Shown: positions 1-11,983 of the stretch, one piece after another
Numbering within the stretch: position 1 is the stretch's first letter
Layout: every line of letters begins with the position of its first letter
NCBI RefSeq assembly: GCF_004010195.1
Contig: NC_057718.1
Coordinates: 81,478,864 to 81,505,073, forward strand
DNA: 26,210 nucleotides
Direction: 5' to 3'
From: Chiloscyllium plagiosum
Taxonomy: Eukaryota
The notes under the pieces: model-generated
The model's input: the letters and a program-made list of their open reading frames with translations, nothing else
Told to the model about the DNA's origin: nothing
Database searches by the model: none
Made by a program: the position numbers and the translations under genes

Positions 1-697
1 GAAGGCGTTTTGCATGCTTTCCTTTATTGGTCAGAACATTGAATATAGTAGTTGGGAGGTCATGTTGTGGCTGTATAGGACATTGATTAGGCCACCTTTG
101 GAATATTGCGTGCAATTCTGGTCTCCATTCTTTTGGAAGGATGTTGTGAAACTTAAAAGGGTTCAGAAAAGATTTACAAGCATGTTGCCAGGGTTGGAGG
201 ATTTGAGTTATTGGGAGAGGCTGAACAGGCTGAGGCTATTTTCCCTGTAGTGTCGGAGACTGAGGGGTCATCTTATAGAGGTTTACAAAATTATGAGGGG
301 CAGGGATAGGGTAAATAGGCAAAGTCTTTTCCCTGGGGTCGGGGAGTCCAGAACTAGAGGGCATAGTTTAGGGTGAGAGAGGAAAGATATAAAAGAGACC
401 TAAGGGGCAACTTTTTCGGGTACAGGTATGGAATGAGCTGCCAGAGGAAGTGGTAGAGGCTGGTATAATTGCAACATTTAAGAGGCATTTGGATGGGGAT
501 ATGAATAAGAAGGGTTTGGAGGCTGGTATAATTGCAACATTTAAGAGGCATTTGGATGGGTATATGAATAGGAAGAGTTTGGAAGGATATGGGTCTGGTG
601 CTGGCAGGTGGGACTAGATTGGGTTGGGATATCTGGTCGGCATGGACGGGTTGGACCGAAGGGTCTGTTTCCATGTTGTACATCTCTGTGGCTGTAT
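1..697 (+). mobile_element. CR1-clade LINE 3' end (RT C-terminus and 3' tail), truncated by window start
   Basis: ORF 14..250 reads LYRTLIRPPLEYCVQFWSP...KLKRVQKRFTSMLPGL, the CR1 RT C-terminal motif. Tail ends gggttggaccgaagggtctgtttccatgttgtacatctctgtggctgtatga. Confidence 0.9.
456..581 (+). repeat. 63-bp tandem duplication inside CR1 3' region
   Basis: gaggctggtataattgcaacatttaagaggcatttggatggg... starts at 456 and again at 519. Confidence 0.9.
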
Positions 698-1584
698 GAT
701 GTTTTAAAGCTACATTTTCTTCCAAGATTGTTTTGTTCTGTCTTTTAGGATCATCTATATTTTTTTTTATTCTATAAATTTGATCAACAACCTCTCAAGT
801 TTGCATTCCTTAAAGAGAGTGAGAGAGGTAGAGTCTTAACTGTCCATCACTGCAGGTTTAGCAGCCTTTAACCTTGTTTGTAGCTCTTTACTCTTGGTTG
901 TAGTAACTTTAACTCTCAAATCAAACAGACTTATCGATGATTGTTTGGAAAAATAATTTTGACAGCTCTCCCACAGTGCTGTCACCTTTTTAGCTTTTAG
1001 CATCCACTTACTGTCACTATGAGCTTTTAGTTCCCACTTCAAAAGAGTCATGGGACGTGGTGAGTGCATGACCATCACGAAGGAGAAGCTGCTACAGAGG
1101 CTAAAATGTCTGAAAGTGGATAAACTACCCAGACTGGATAAACTACACCCCATGGTTCTGAAGGAGAGAGCCGAAGCAATTGTGGAGGCATTGGTGGTGA
1201 TCTTTAAGAATAACTGGAGTCAGGGAGGGTCCCAAAAGAATAAAAATTGGCTGATGTTTGTGAAGGGAGGGAGGCAGAAGATTATAGGCTGGTTAGCCTA
1301 ATCTTTGTTGGTAAGCATTTAGAGTCCATTATTAAGGATGACATTACAGAGTGCTTGAATTTGTATGGTAAAATGCAGCTGAGTCAGCATGGCTTCACTA
1401 AGGAGAGGTCCCGCCTGTTAAAATTCTTTGAGGAGGTAATGAGCAAGTTAGACAAAGGAGAGCCAGTAGACATGACCTATTTGAATTTCCAGAAGACCTT
1501 TGACAAGGTGCTGTACAGGTGACAGCTAAAATGAGATAAGAGCCCATGGTGTAAATGGCAAGGTATTGGCATGGATAGAGGATT

Positions 1585-1814
1585 AAGAGAAAGTGAGGAC
1601 TGCAGATGCTGGAGATCAGAATTGAAAGTGTGGTGCTGGAAAAGCACAGCAGGTCAGACAGCATCTGAGGATCAGGAGAATCAATGTTTCAGGCATAAGC
1701 CCTTCATCATCAATCAGGAAGCCCATTCCTGATGAAGGGCTTATGCCTGAAATGTCGATTCTCCTGTTTCTTGGATGCTGCCTGACCTGCTGTGCTTTTC
1801 CAGCACCACACTGT
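1585..1814. mobile_element. Fold-back PLE-terminus mini-element (family A) with two hammerhead motifs
   Basis: Arms ~1627-1709 and ~1730-1812 are reverse complements. Same sequence family as 24879-25929. Splits CR1 RT. No clear TSD. Confidence 0.85.
1725..1760 (+). ncRNA. Minimal type-I hammerhead motif (family A), CpG-decayed
   Basis: attc CTGATGA a gggc ttat gcct GAA atgt c gatt. The opposite-strand partner at 1679-1710 has its core disrupted by a small insertion. Confidence 0.65.
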
Positions 1815-3574
1815 GACTTGGCAGAAGACCAGAAAGTGGGGATAAAGGGGTCTTTTTCACAATGGCAGCTGGTGTCTAGTGCAATGCAGAGGTCCATAGT
1901 GGGACCACTACTGTTCACATTATATGTTAATGATGTAGGTAAAGAAACTGAGGGTATTAATCAATTTGCAGATGGTAGGTGGTGTGACAGATCGTGTTGT
2001 GCGAGCGGGTAAGCTGCAGAAGGACTTCCACAGGCTGGGAGAGTAAGCAAAGAAATGGCAGATGGAATGCAGTTTGGGAAGTTGAGGTTCTGCACATTTT
2101 TCGAAAGGTTGGAGGCATAGACTAGCTTCTAAATGGGGAAAGGCTTTGGAAATCTGAAGCACAAAGGGACTTAGGAATCCTAGTTCAGGGTTCTCATGAG
2201 GTTAACTTGAAGGTTCAGTTGGCAGTCAGGAAGGCAAATGCCATGTTGGCTTTAATTTCACAAGGGCTGGAATACAAAAGCAGGGATGTACTGATGACGC
2301 TGTTTCAGGCTCTGCACAGACCACATTTGGAATATTGTGAGCAGGGTTGGGCCCCATATCTCAGGACAATATGCTGGTTTTCGAGGGGATCAAGAGGATG
2401 TTTACAAGAATGATCCTAGGGATGAAGAGCTTGACATATGAGGAGTGGTTGAGGACTCTGGGTCGGTGGTCAATGGAGTTTAGAAGGGTGAGGGGGAATC
2501 TGATTGAAACTTACAGAATACTGAGAGGTCTGCATGGAGTGGATGTGGAGGAGATGTTTCCACTAGTCAAAGAGACAAGGACCCAAGGGCACAGCCTCAG
2601 AGTGAAGGGGTGACCCTTTAGAACTGAGATGAGGATTTTTTTCAGTCAGAGGATGGTGAATCTGTGGAGCTCATTGCTGCAGAGGGCTGTGGGTACTAAG
2701 TCATTGAGTGTCTTTAAGACTGAGATAGATAGGTCCTTGATTAGGAAGGTGATCCAGGAGAAGGCAGGAGAACAGGGTTGATAAACATATCAGCCATATT
2801 TGAATGGTAGAGCAGATTCAATGGGCCAAATGGCCTAATTCTGCTCCTCTATCTTTTAGTTTAATGGCCCACTTGTTGCCATTGTGATGCTGTTGTGGTT
2901 TACTGTATGTTAGCCCATGTAACATCGACCACATAGAATTGGCTTCTTATGACACGTCGAAATTGATTTACAACACTTAACTATTTACAAGGCAATGATA
3001 TCATAGACTTAAATGCACAGTCTGCATTGTGTGCCGACTGATTTTATTGTCTATCACTCAATTAGCTGACAGAGTGCACTGACTCCCTTATACAAAGGCA
3101 ATAACAGAAGGAGAGGCAGATATCTTTATATTGCCATGATATCTAACTTCCAGGAAGGTACAGACCTGTCCTGTAATTTATGCTATAATATTACAGAAAT
3201 ACTCACCTTATCACAATTTAAATTCAAAATCCTTCTCTCAAACTGGCAGAATGATGTTCCTGATACATAGGAAGCACATGGCCTGTCCAGATGATGTTTA
3301 AATATAGCACCTGGACCTTTGACCACCACCCAAGAACAGTGGAGTCAGGGACATTCTTCTCATCTCGTCATACAATTGGCCATCACCCTCAACTGTACCT
3401 AGCCAACTGGCTGTTTTGTGATTTGTGAGTGTTCAGCTGCCCACCTCTGACCAAATGTCCCACTCGCTTCTGATCCTGCTCTTCAGCTGCACACTGCTGT
3501 CATGAGATTCTGTCCTATGTTTCAAGATCAGTACAGCATCAAGTTTGTGAGCAGTCCAGTTCAGCTACAGATCG

Positions 3575-3960
3575 TGGTTAGGGAGAGGGCTGGTGCTGTC
3601 AGCAAGGTAACATAATTTATAATTAAATTAACAGCAATTCAGATTCAGACAATGTCTTCAGTCTTCCAAATGTTTAGGTGGGGATAATTGCTGCTCAAGA
3701 GCTGTATCTCAGACAAGCAAGACAACCTATCAGAAAGGGTCAAGAGACCTGATGATGTGGAATTGTGTGTCAGCAGCATAAGTTTGAAACTTGATTTGAT
3801 TTTGGATGATGTCACTAAAGATCAGAATGTAAATGAGAAATAACAGCTGAAGGATGAATCCTTGGAATACTCGAAATGTGAAACATCATGATCAGGAAGG
3901 GAAGCTACAACTTTCATACCCAGCTCGACAATGGAGGGAAGGCAATGGATGAGAACTGTG
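3575..3960 (-). mobile_element. Old L2-clade LINE RT fragment
   Basis: Minus strand gagtattccaaggattcatcc...ttatttctcatttac...gacatcatcc...tatgctgctgacacacaattc resembles GVPQGSILGPLLFLIY...DII...YADDTQL. Confidence 0.6.
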
Positions 3961-4039
3961 CTGTCAACCAAATTGTCACTGTCAAATGGGATGCCAGTTA
4001 TGAACATAAAAGACTGCAAGCTTCATATCAAATATTTAA

Positions 4040-4250
4040 ATGCAACTTGCATTGATCTAACACCTTGAAGGTAAGGTTTCGCAAGGTGATTCACAGGAGC
4101 AACATGAACAAACTAGCAAATCTCACAAGATAATTTAGCAGATAATCAAAGATTATTAAAGGAGGAAAGAGTAGCAGAGAGTTTTAGGAAGGGAATTAAG
4201 GTTACTGAAATGGAGCAGGGTAAAATCAGAATGATTTGAGAACAAATTTG
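4040..4250 (-). mobile_element. Probable L2-type 3' tail fragment
   Basis: caacttgcattgatctaacacctt... resembles the reverse of the L2/DeuSINE-type 3' tail also seen at ~21858. Very degenerate. Confidence 0.35.
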
Positions 4251-4264
4251 CATTAACAGGCCCC

Positions 4265-4360
4265 AGCCCTGGAGAAGGGTTACACCTGAAAAGTCGACTT
4301 TTGCGCCTCCTGATGCTGCCTGGTTCGCTGTGTTCTTCCAGCTTCTTGTCAATCTATCTC
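4265..4360 (+). mobile_element. PLE terminus fragment (family D) with degenerate hammerhead at 4265-4299
   Basis: agcc CTGGAGA a gggt tac acct GAA aagt c gact, followed by gatgctgcctgg...gctgtgttcttccagc as in the other families. Confidence 0.65.
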
Positions 4361-4921
4361 TTTTAAATAAGTCCTCTTATGGTTACAACCTTGGGAGAGA
4401 CTGGTGACCAGTTTAGTTTTGCTATATTGATTAATTAGAATAGTTCTATTTGCATTAGTAAAATAATCTAAAATTGTTAAAAACATTTTTGTTTAAATTT
4501 TAGTGTTCTGTAATAAATCAGTAAAATATTTGCTACAGTTTTACACAGCATTCGCCATTGTATTTTATGCAGTTGATTAATCTTCTAGATTCACACGGCT
4601 CATGTCAGTTTCCTAGGCCCTGGTTGGATTGTTTTCTGCCATTTGGGATCTTGACCTTGAACTGACTTCAAATGCCAACATTGAATCCTCAGAGCAGCTG
4701 TTCCTGAACTAGAGCTGTAATCCACCATTTACAATATTAAAGAAGTCAGTCACTGCATGGAGAAATGTTTATTATCAGTTTCCATCAGATGCACAATTGC
4801 ATGACTTGAAAGAGGAAAGATTTTTCAGTAATTGGACACTATGTGGTAATTTTGTAGTATGAAGGCACTCAGTTATATCTTGTTAAGACATTTTAATTTC
4901 TGAACTTTATCTTTAATTATT

Positions 4922-5560
4922 GGGCTGGATTTTCATTCTATGAGATGCTGAGTTCAGAATTGGGTGTGTAAGTACCTTGGCATCTTTCTGCTCGAGGCCT
5001 TTTTCACTGAGGGTGCCCTGGACGTGAAGGTAGCAGTATTCAGGCCAGTTGAGGTGATTTATCACCAGTCTCATGGAGTTTTCCAGATGGCAGTTGGATG
5101 GAGATGGTGACCTGCCATCAGGCTAGGAGCAAGCAGTGCCTCCTTTGGCTTCATCCCAGACCTGTAAGTGTACAGTAGCCACAGTGGTGGCTGCAGGCTA
5201 ACCTGGCTCCAGCATGGGTGTGTATCAGGAAGCAATAGACACAGGTTATCTTGCCTCTACTGTGGGTAGATGTTGGGGAGCTGCAGGAAATTCTGATAGC
5301 TACACTGTATTTTAGAACCTTCTAAATTCTTCAGAATTCACCCTTACCTGAGGCAACCTCTTGCTTTTATACCCACATTAGTGAAACTGTCATGGTCTCC
5401 GATTGACCCTCCTTGCTGCAGAAACCACCGTAATTGGATGGAGATGCTGGAGTTGGCTGCATAATTGGTGATGTCCTGTCCTCCAGGGTCCTGTCCCAGC
5501 CACTTCCAGGTTCCAGAATCAGAAATTGAGTGCATGTTTACAAAAATAAAAATTCAGTCT
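4922..5560. mobile_element. Possible non-autonomous DNA transposon (GGGCTG-type termini)
   Basis: gggctggatttt (4922) vs aaaattcagtct (5549-5560): 9/12 inverted match around a GC-richer interior. Confidence 0.3.
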
Positions 5561-6139
5561 CTCGAAAATTGGTCTTAGTCAACCTGTTGTAATCCTGACT
5601 CATACACATCATCAACATTTGATCTGCTATTTCAGAGGATGCACATACAGACAAAATTGTTACCGGGTGTATTAAAATAATTGAAAGGAAAGTGATGTGG
5701 AAAAGCTAAGTTCTAGGTTTTTGCAGTTATTGATCTATGTTCAAGTGACAGTGGATATATCTTTCCTTACTAGTCAAAATACCAATTACCATGGGACTAT
5801 GGGGATTGTTCTTTTTAGAGCTACTTAAGTGATTCCTATTTGCTTCAGCAAGGCTCACTCAGAAGCTTTGGTCGTGGGTTTGAAATGCCATCTCACATAG
5901 ATAATGGCTCCCATTACAAACTTAATGCTGAGACTGTCATTTCTAACATGACACTGATCCAACTTCCACATGATTTTTTGTGCTATATATTTTGTTATCA
6001 ATAATGTGTCTGCATAAGCATCGTGACAAAATGTCCCATTGAGTGGAAGAGTCAAAGGACAGCATTACATTTGCATCTCCCACCTAAGCTCCAGTTATTT
6101 TTATCTTGAGAAAATTATACTCCCAACAGCTTGCATTGT

Positions 6140-6520
6140 TATAACATCTTCAGTATAGATTGGGAAAGGGGGAGGCGTAACAAGACCTGGGAGACCTTGT
6201 ACACCAGTTGTTGAATGTAAGCATGCAGGTGTAGCAGGTGGTGAGGAAAGCAAATAGTATGTTAGCCTCTATAGTGAGAGGAGTCGAGTATAGAAGCAAG
6301 GATATCTTACTGCAATTGTGAAGGGCATTGCTGAGACCACACCTGGAGTATTGTGTTCAGTTTCACTCTCCTTATGTCAGGAGAGGGAGTGCAACAAACG
6401 TTTACTAGACTAATTCCTGGGATGACCGGACTGACATATGAAGAGAGAGACAAGTTCAAGCCTATATTCATTAGAATTTGGAAGAATGAGGGATATCTCA
6501 CAGAAGCCTATAAAACTCTT
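6140..6520 (+). mobile_element. CR1 LINE RT C-terminal fragment
   Basis: gagaccacacctggagtattgtgttcagttt (RPHLEYCVQF) and FTRLIPGMTGLTYEER. Confidence 0.8.
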
Positions 6521-6539
6521 AACTATTTCAAAGTTCTAT

Positions 6540-6790
6540 CTGCCCTACTATCTTTGACCTGCAATTCGTTTCAAGTTATCCAAAATTTAGCAGCCTATTC
6601 CTAAAACCTCAACAAGTTCCATTGTACTGATCGACATTGGTTCCTAGTCCTCCTAAATCCTCAAATTTTGAATTCATTATCTCTTGTTTAAATTTATTTA
6701 TGGCTTATTGTGGCCATAACTTCATCTATCTAGTATTCGTTTCCCAAATTTCTTCACATTTCAGACCATTGTTTAAATTCAACTCTTTGA
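6540..6790 (+). mobile_element. Possible L2 C-terminal fragment
   Basis: cattggttcctagt...aaattttgaattc resembles LHWLPV...FKIL. Highly degenerate. Confidence 0.3.
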
Positions 6791-6809
6791 CCAAGTGATT
6801 ACTCCCCTC

Positions 6810-7332
6810 TCATAAGATTCATAAAGATGCACTGCATGGAAAAGGACCCTTCAGTCCAATTTGACCATGTAGATTAAATATTCTAAATTAATCTAGTCCC
6901 ATTTGCCAGCATTTGGACCATATCCCTCTAAACCCTTCCTGTTCATATACCTATCCAGATAACTTTTAAATGTTGTAATTGTACCAGCCTCCTCCACCAC
7001 CTCTGACAGCTTATTCCATATACACTGTGTATGTGTGAAAATGTTGCCCCTCGAGTCCCTTTTAAATCTTCCCCCCCTCCCCCGACCTTAAACCTATGCC
7101 CCCTAGTTTTGGACTCCCCTCCCCTGGGGAAAAGACCGTGTCTATTTATCTTATCCATGCCCCTCCTGATTTTATAAACTTCTATAAGGTCATCCCTCAG
7201 CCTCTGACACTCCAGGGAAAATAACCCTAACCTATTCAGCCTCTCCCTATAGCTCAAACCATCCAATCCTGGCAACGTCCTTATAAATCTTTTCTGAGCC
7301 CCATCAAGTTTCACAAGGATGTTGCCAGGATT
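6810..7332 (-). mobile_element. 5'-truncated CR1 LINE 3' end with a short inverted 5' segment
   Basis: ORF 6943..7335 reads QKRFIRTLPGLDGLSYRERLNRLGLFSLECQRLRDDLIEVYKI. Same family as 1-697. Confidence 0.9.
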
Positions 7333-7489
7333 CAAAAGCGCTGAAGCAGCCCTAAATAAAGGAGCATTATCTTACCCTGTTCTTTCAACCTCTGTACTTT
7401 TTCATACATCAACCACATTATTGACCTTTAATTCCAGTCATGTGTTGGCAAGTCAGTAGAATGGTTTTCACTTTGATCTAATCATTAAA

Positions 7490-7780
7490 GCCAGTGTATT
7501 TCCAGAACTGACTACCTATCTTTTTCATTTACTTTTACTTCTGGAGTTCCTCCACAGATCTACTGTTAAACCTGTGCTGTTGATCTGCATACTTCCCTTT
7601 GAAAACATTGTTTGCTGACATGAGTTAGTTTCGACGTGTAAGTTGATATCTATTTCTCCTCTGACTCTTTTGGAATGTTTTTCCAATACCTGGTCTAGGA
7701 TGAACAGTCACTTCCTTTTGTGAACCATTGGGGAGGTGGAAATCATTATTTTTGGCCCCCATCACACACTTTGTACTAGA
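7490..7780 (+). mobile_element. Old L2-like RT fragment
   Basis: tctggagttcct...gatctactgtt...atacttccctttgaaaacattg...gttagtttcgacgtgtaagttgat resembles SGVPQGS...ILPLGNI...VSFHVYAD. Confidence 0.4.
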
Positions 7781-8944
7781 GCTGCAAGACCTTGTTGTAA
7801 TGCAAACAGAAAATATTAGAAAGTAGTCAGCAGGTCTGGAGACTCAACTGTAGAGAAGAAGAAACTGAAATCAGGAAAGGGAGATCTGAGGACATGGAAG
7901 GAAAACTGAGGCAATAAGGATGGGGAATCTGAGGACAAGTTGTAATTCACAGCAGGAAATTAGAATCCATTAATGGTAACTCACTGCAGGAAAACTGTAT
8001 ACCGGTAATATTCAGATTCTTTCCATAAACCCAGAATACATTTTATGTATCTCCTTTCAAGAAAAAACCCTCATTCCTTTGTGAAGGGTAATCTGCCTTT
8101 ATGGCTATGTGCCACAGCTCAACGGAGGCGTCCAGATTTTTAGAACTCCTTTTAAATCAGACCTGATTGTTTAATTCTGTTTTTATCTTCGATGTGCCTT
8201 TGTTCTGTATTCCTGTGTTGGTTGCAGGATAGGGGAAGTGGATAGTTTCTCTATCTACCCAATATCGTTAGCCCAATTAAGATTGCCAAATTATGTGACA
8301 ATCTGGTTCGAGACCAGTAACATTTTTTTTTAAATATGTGAAGCTTGAAATCCCCAGCATTTATTGGGAGAATAGAGCCACAGGATTCCACAGCTTTAAA
8401 TAAATAAACTAAATGTTACTGTGCAAGATTAGAAAATTAGATCAATCCACCTACTTTTCTCATGTTAAATGTGGATGCTAAAGAGATTATGAATTAGACA
8501 ACTGTGGATGAAAACACCACTAAGTGCATCAAATAGCAAATGTAGTCAAGGCAAATCCCATAGATCACAGAATGGCCCTTACCCCACCCCACCCCATTCT
8601 CCTTCCCAGGTGTTAATTACACTGTGGGTCACAAAATGTCGTTAAAACATTATGTACTTTACAAAGGATTCCAATTTTTAACTTTTGCAGATCTAGCTTC
8701 CAAATATCCTTGGAATTATTTTATTATGGACTTCCTCAATAACCGCTCACATCCTGGTACTTAAAGCTCTTCTTCTGAGACTGTGTTACACTGGATTTCT
8801 GAGGTTCTACTCCCGTACCCACTCATGGGGACACTGTCAGCTCTTTCACTACCATCTGGTTTAATTAAGTTGGCATACCCTCTGGGTTTCTCTGAGTTCC
8901 AATATTTCTTAGTTACTACATCTGCTTTGGGGTTTTCTTTAAAG

Positions 8945-9870
8945 AAACTAGGAGCAGGCCATTTGGCCCACCACATCTTCTCAGTCAATCATTATGACCA
9001 TAGCTGATCCTCTATCTCAATGCCATTTCCCATTTTCTACTTAGTCCTTGAGGCCTTTAAAATCTATAACTTTTTCAGTATCTTTCCTGAATATGTTCAG
9101 TGCCTTGGCCTTCATAGTCCTTTGTAGTGGACAGTTCCCCAGGTTCATTATCCTCTGAGTGAGGTTTGTTTTCCTCACCTCATTCCTAAATGATCTGTCC
9201 CATATCCTGAGACTATGTTCCCTGGCTCCTGACTCCCCTGTTAGAATTGTATATGTTTCAGACAGATCCCCTCTTATCCTAGTGAATATAGGTACAGTCA
9301 AACCAATCTTTCCACATAGGATGTAACCCAGATATCAGCTTGGTGAACATCTGTGCTACTCCACCTATAGCTAGGAGATGCTTTCTAAGGTAGGGAGACC
9401 AAAGTTGTGCACAATTCTGCAGGTTTGGTCTCACCAAGGCAATCTCACTGCATCACTACTGTATCACTACAGTAAGACATCCCTGCTTATGGACTCAAGT
9501 CATAGTGCAATAAAGGTCAATAAAGCATTTACTTTCTAATTACTTGCTGCACCTATTTTCATTGACTGGTATCCAAGGATACCAAGATCTTGTTCAACTC
9601 CAAATTACCTTGAAGCCTCCTTGTATCCCCCTCATTCCTGCCCAGTTTTGTGTTACTAGCAATCTTGTAAATATTATATTTGGTTCCAAGTCATTTATAT
9701 ATAACTCATGAATAGCTGGCGCTCAGGTACTGATGTCTGTGGTATCTTATTAGTGACTGTCTGTCATTTGGAAAAAGATCCAATTCTTCCTGAACTCTGT
9801 TTCCTGTCTATGAATCTAACCAAGTCTTGACCCATGCCAATATATTATCCCCTGTCCCGCGTGCTTTAAT
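8945..9870 (-). mobile_element. Decayed CR1 LINE RT and 3' end
   Basis: ORF 9041..9301 reads RIRGDLSETYTIL...REHSLRI...FRNEVR. The reverse of ccttggtgagaccaaacctgcagaattgtgcacaactttggtctcc (LVRP.L..CAQLWSP) is present. Confidence 0.8.
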
Positions 9871-10570
9871 TCATCCCCACTCTCAGCTGCAGAAGAGCCA
9901 GCAGTAGTTCCCAGGGCTGCTTCTGAGCCCTAGTATTGTCCAAGGCGGTGTCAGAAACCTTCTATCTCCACCTCAGCTTCCTTGAGTCATAACTGCGCTG
10001 AGCTATCCAACTGCTTCTGAAATGTCTTCCAAAGCCTCAACTACATAGCTAGTGACTTTCAACCACCTCCTTAACCACACTGCAAACAGCAACGCTTTTC
10101 CTGCTCCCATCCAATTGATTAACTCATCACCCCCATTTGTGGCCATCCGAGGTCCCACAACTGGATTTTCTCACCACTATTTTGAGGATAACTGAGGCTT
10201 GTCCAACATCTGTCACTGAGAAGAATCCAGAATGGTGGATGATGCATGTGTGGTCTGACCCATTTGTGCAGGCACTGGAACTCCCAGGGCATGCTGTTAA
10301 TTGAGGTTCTTGGCTTCCACCCTTAAAAAAGGTCAGTTAAGATTTCATTTGCCATTTTTCAACTGTACCCTTCCAGAATCAAGAACACTTTGGAAAATTT
10401 ACAACCAATACATTGATTATCTCTGCAACCATTACTTTTAAGCCTCTGGGATGTTGTCCATCAGACTCTTGAGACTCGTCAGTCTTTGTTCTAATAGTTT
10501 TCTTAGTTTTCTTTAACCTGGTTAAAAATCACACAACATCAGGTTATAGTCCAACAGGTATATGTGGAAA

Positions 10571-10605
10571 CACTAACTTTCAGAGCGTTGTTCCTTCATC
10601 AGCTG
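10571..10605 (-). ncRNA. Degenerate hammerhead motif (family B)
   Basis: Reverse complement: cag CTGATGA a ggaac aac gctct GAA agtt a gtg. Confidence 0.55.
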
Positions 10606-11202
10606 GTTGTGAAGAGTAAGATCATAAAATACAGAATTTATAGCCAAATGAGCACTCTGTCGTGGAGATGTGATGATACATTAGACAATTTTAGATCAAA
10701 TCTTTCATCTTTTAGAATAGGATGTGTTGGTTTCTGTTCTTTGATGTGTAAATCCCAGAACTTCTTTTAAATTACATTCTCAAGATAGCTAGCTTTTCGA
10801 ATAATAGTTGCCATCTCAGCTCAGACAATGCATTAAAGTGTGAGGTCTGTTTGTGTCGCAATGTTGAGTTAGACTGGTTCTACTTCTAAAGTGGGATTTA
10901 CAGCTTTTTACATGGATTCATGCAGTTTTTGAGCAAAATAATATGTAATTCTGCAAAACCAAATTCACCCTATAAACTTATATGTGTGCGCGTGTAGGAG
11001 AGACAGAATGAATGCATTCATGAGAGTGTGAGTGCATATCATAGTGTGTGCTTGGTTGTGTGTGTGTGAGAGAGAGAGAGATGGAGTATACGCCTTTGAA
11101 AGCGGCGCCATGGGTGAGAGTGCAGGGAGTGTATGTGTACATATGAGAGACAGCTTGTGTATGAGAGAGGGTGTGTGTGAGAGAGTGTATAGTGCAGTGG
11201 GG

Positions 11203-11507
11203 TCACCTGTAGTGTGACGTGAACCCAAAGTCCTGGTTGAGGTCATTCTCATGGGTACTGAACTTTGATATCAGCTTCTGCTCGGCCACTCTGCATTGTT
11301 GCTTGTCCCGAGGTCCACCTTGGAGGATGGTCACCCAAAGGTCTGAGGTCGAATGGCCTGGACAACTGAAGTGTTCCCTGACTGGGAGGGAACACTCTTG
11401 CCTGGTGATTGTTGTGTGGTGTCCATTCATCATTGTCTGAGTGTCTGCTTGGTCTTGCCAATGTACCATGCCTCAGGGCATCCTTGCCTGCAGCATATGA
11501 GATAGAC
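11203..11507 (-). pseudogene. PLE GIY-YIG endonuclease remnant
   Basis: Minus strand VYLICCRQGCPEAWYIG, then (frameshift) MNGHHTTI...LPVREHFS.PGH...AEQKLISKFSTHENDLNQDFGF. Confidence 0.85.
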
Positions 11508-11824
11508 GTGAGAATCCATGTAAAACACTGTAAATCCCACTTTAGAAATAGAACCGGTCGAATTCAACATTGGGACAGACAGACCTCACAACTTAATGCA
11601 TTGTCTGAGCTGAAATGTCACCTATTGTTAGAAAAGCTAGACCTATCTTGAGAATGTAATTTAAAAGAAGTTCTGGGATTTACATATCAAAGAACAGAAG
11701 CCAACACCTCATATTCTAAAAGATAAAAGACTTGATCTAAAATTGTCTAACGTATCATCACATCTCCATGACACTGTATTCATTTGGCTATAAATTCTGT
11801 ATGTTATGATCTTATACTCCACAA

Positions 11825-11859
11825 ACACTGATGAAGGAACAGCCCTCTGAAATCCAGTG
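11825..11859 (+). ncRNA. Degenerate hammerhead motif (family B)
   Basis: aca CTGATGA a ggaac agc cctct GAA atcc a gtg. Stems are eroded. Confidence 0.45.
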
Positions 11860-11983
11860 CTTCCAAATAAACCTGTTGGACTATAATCTGGTGATGTGTG
11901 ATTTTTAACTTTGTCCACCCCAGTCCAACACCGACATCTCCAAGTCATTCTTTAACCTGGTAATTGACATTGTTTTAAAGTTG

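Larger units (their letters stand above)
1060..2857 (+). mobile_element. Decayed CR1 LINE ORF2 (RT) and 3' tail, interrupted by a PLE mini-element at ~1585-1814
   Basis: Fragmented motifs LKVDK..D.LHPMVLKE, YRLVSL, SQHGFTK, YLNFQKTFDKV, SIVGPLLFTLYVND, QFAD, RPHLEYC. Many stops and frameshifts. Confidence 0.9.
10523..11947 (-). mobile_element. PLE derivative (family B): inverted pseudo-LTRs around a GIY-YIG C-terminal remnant
   Basis: Arms ~10523-10919 and ~11512-11908 are inverted. GT/GA microsatellite at ~10982-11190. Perfect 14-bp TSD ttctttaacctggt at 10509-10522 and 11948-11961. Confidence 0.9.

Noticed and set aside
836..1153. 105-aa minus-strand ORF
   Set aside because: Its start lies in antisense CR1 sequence and the product is not recognisable.
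1743..2012. Recurrent peptides such as GCCLTCCAFPAP and AQQVRQHPR in many ORFs
   Set aside because: These are translations of the non-coding PLE terminus, not a protein family.
7803..7940. Eroded family C terminus and three ~20-bp ctgagg-containing repeats
   Set aside because: Too degenerate, with no hammerhead core retained.
9870..10330. GC-richer block between CR1 fragments, possibly another insertion
   Set aside because: No termini, TSD or motif could be identified.
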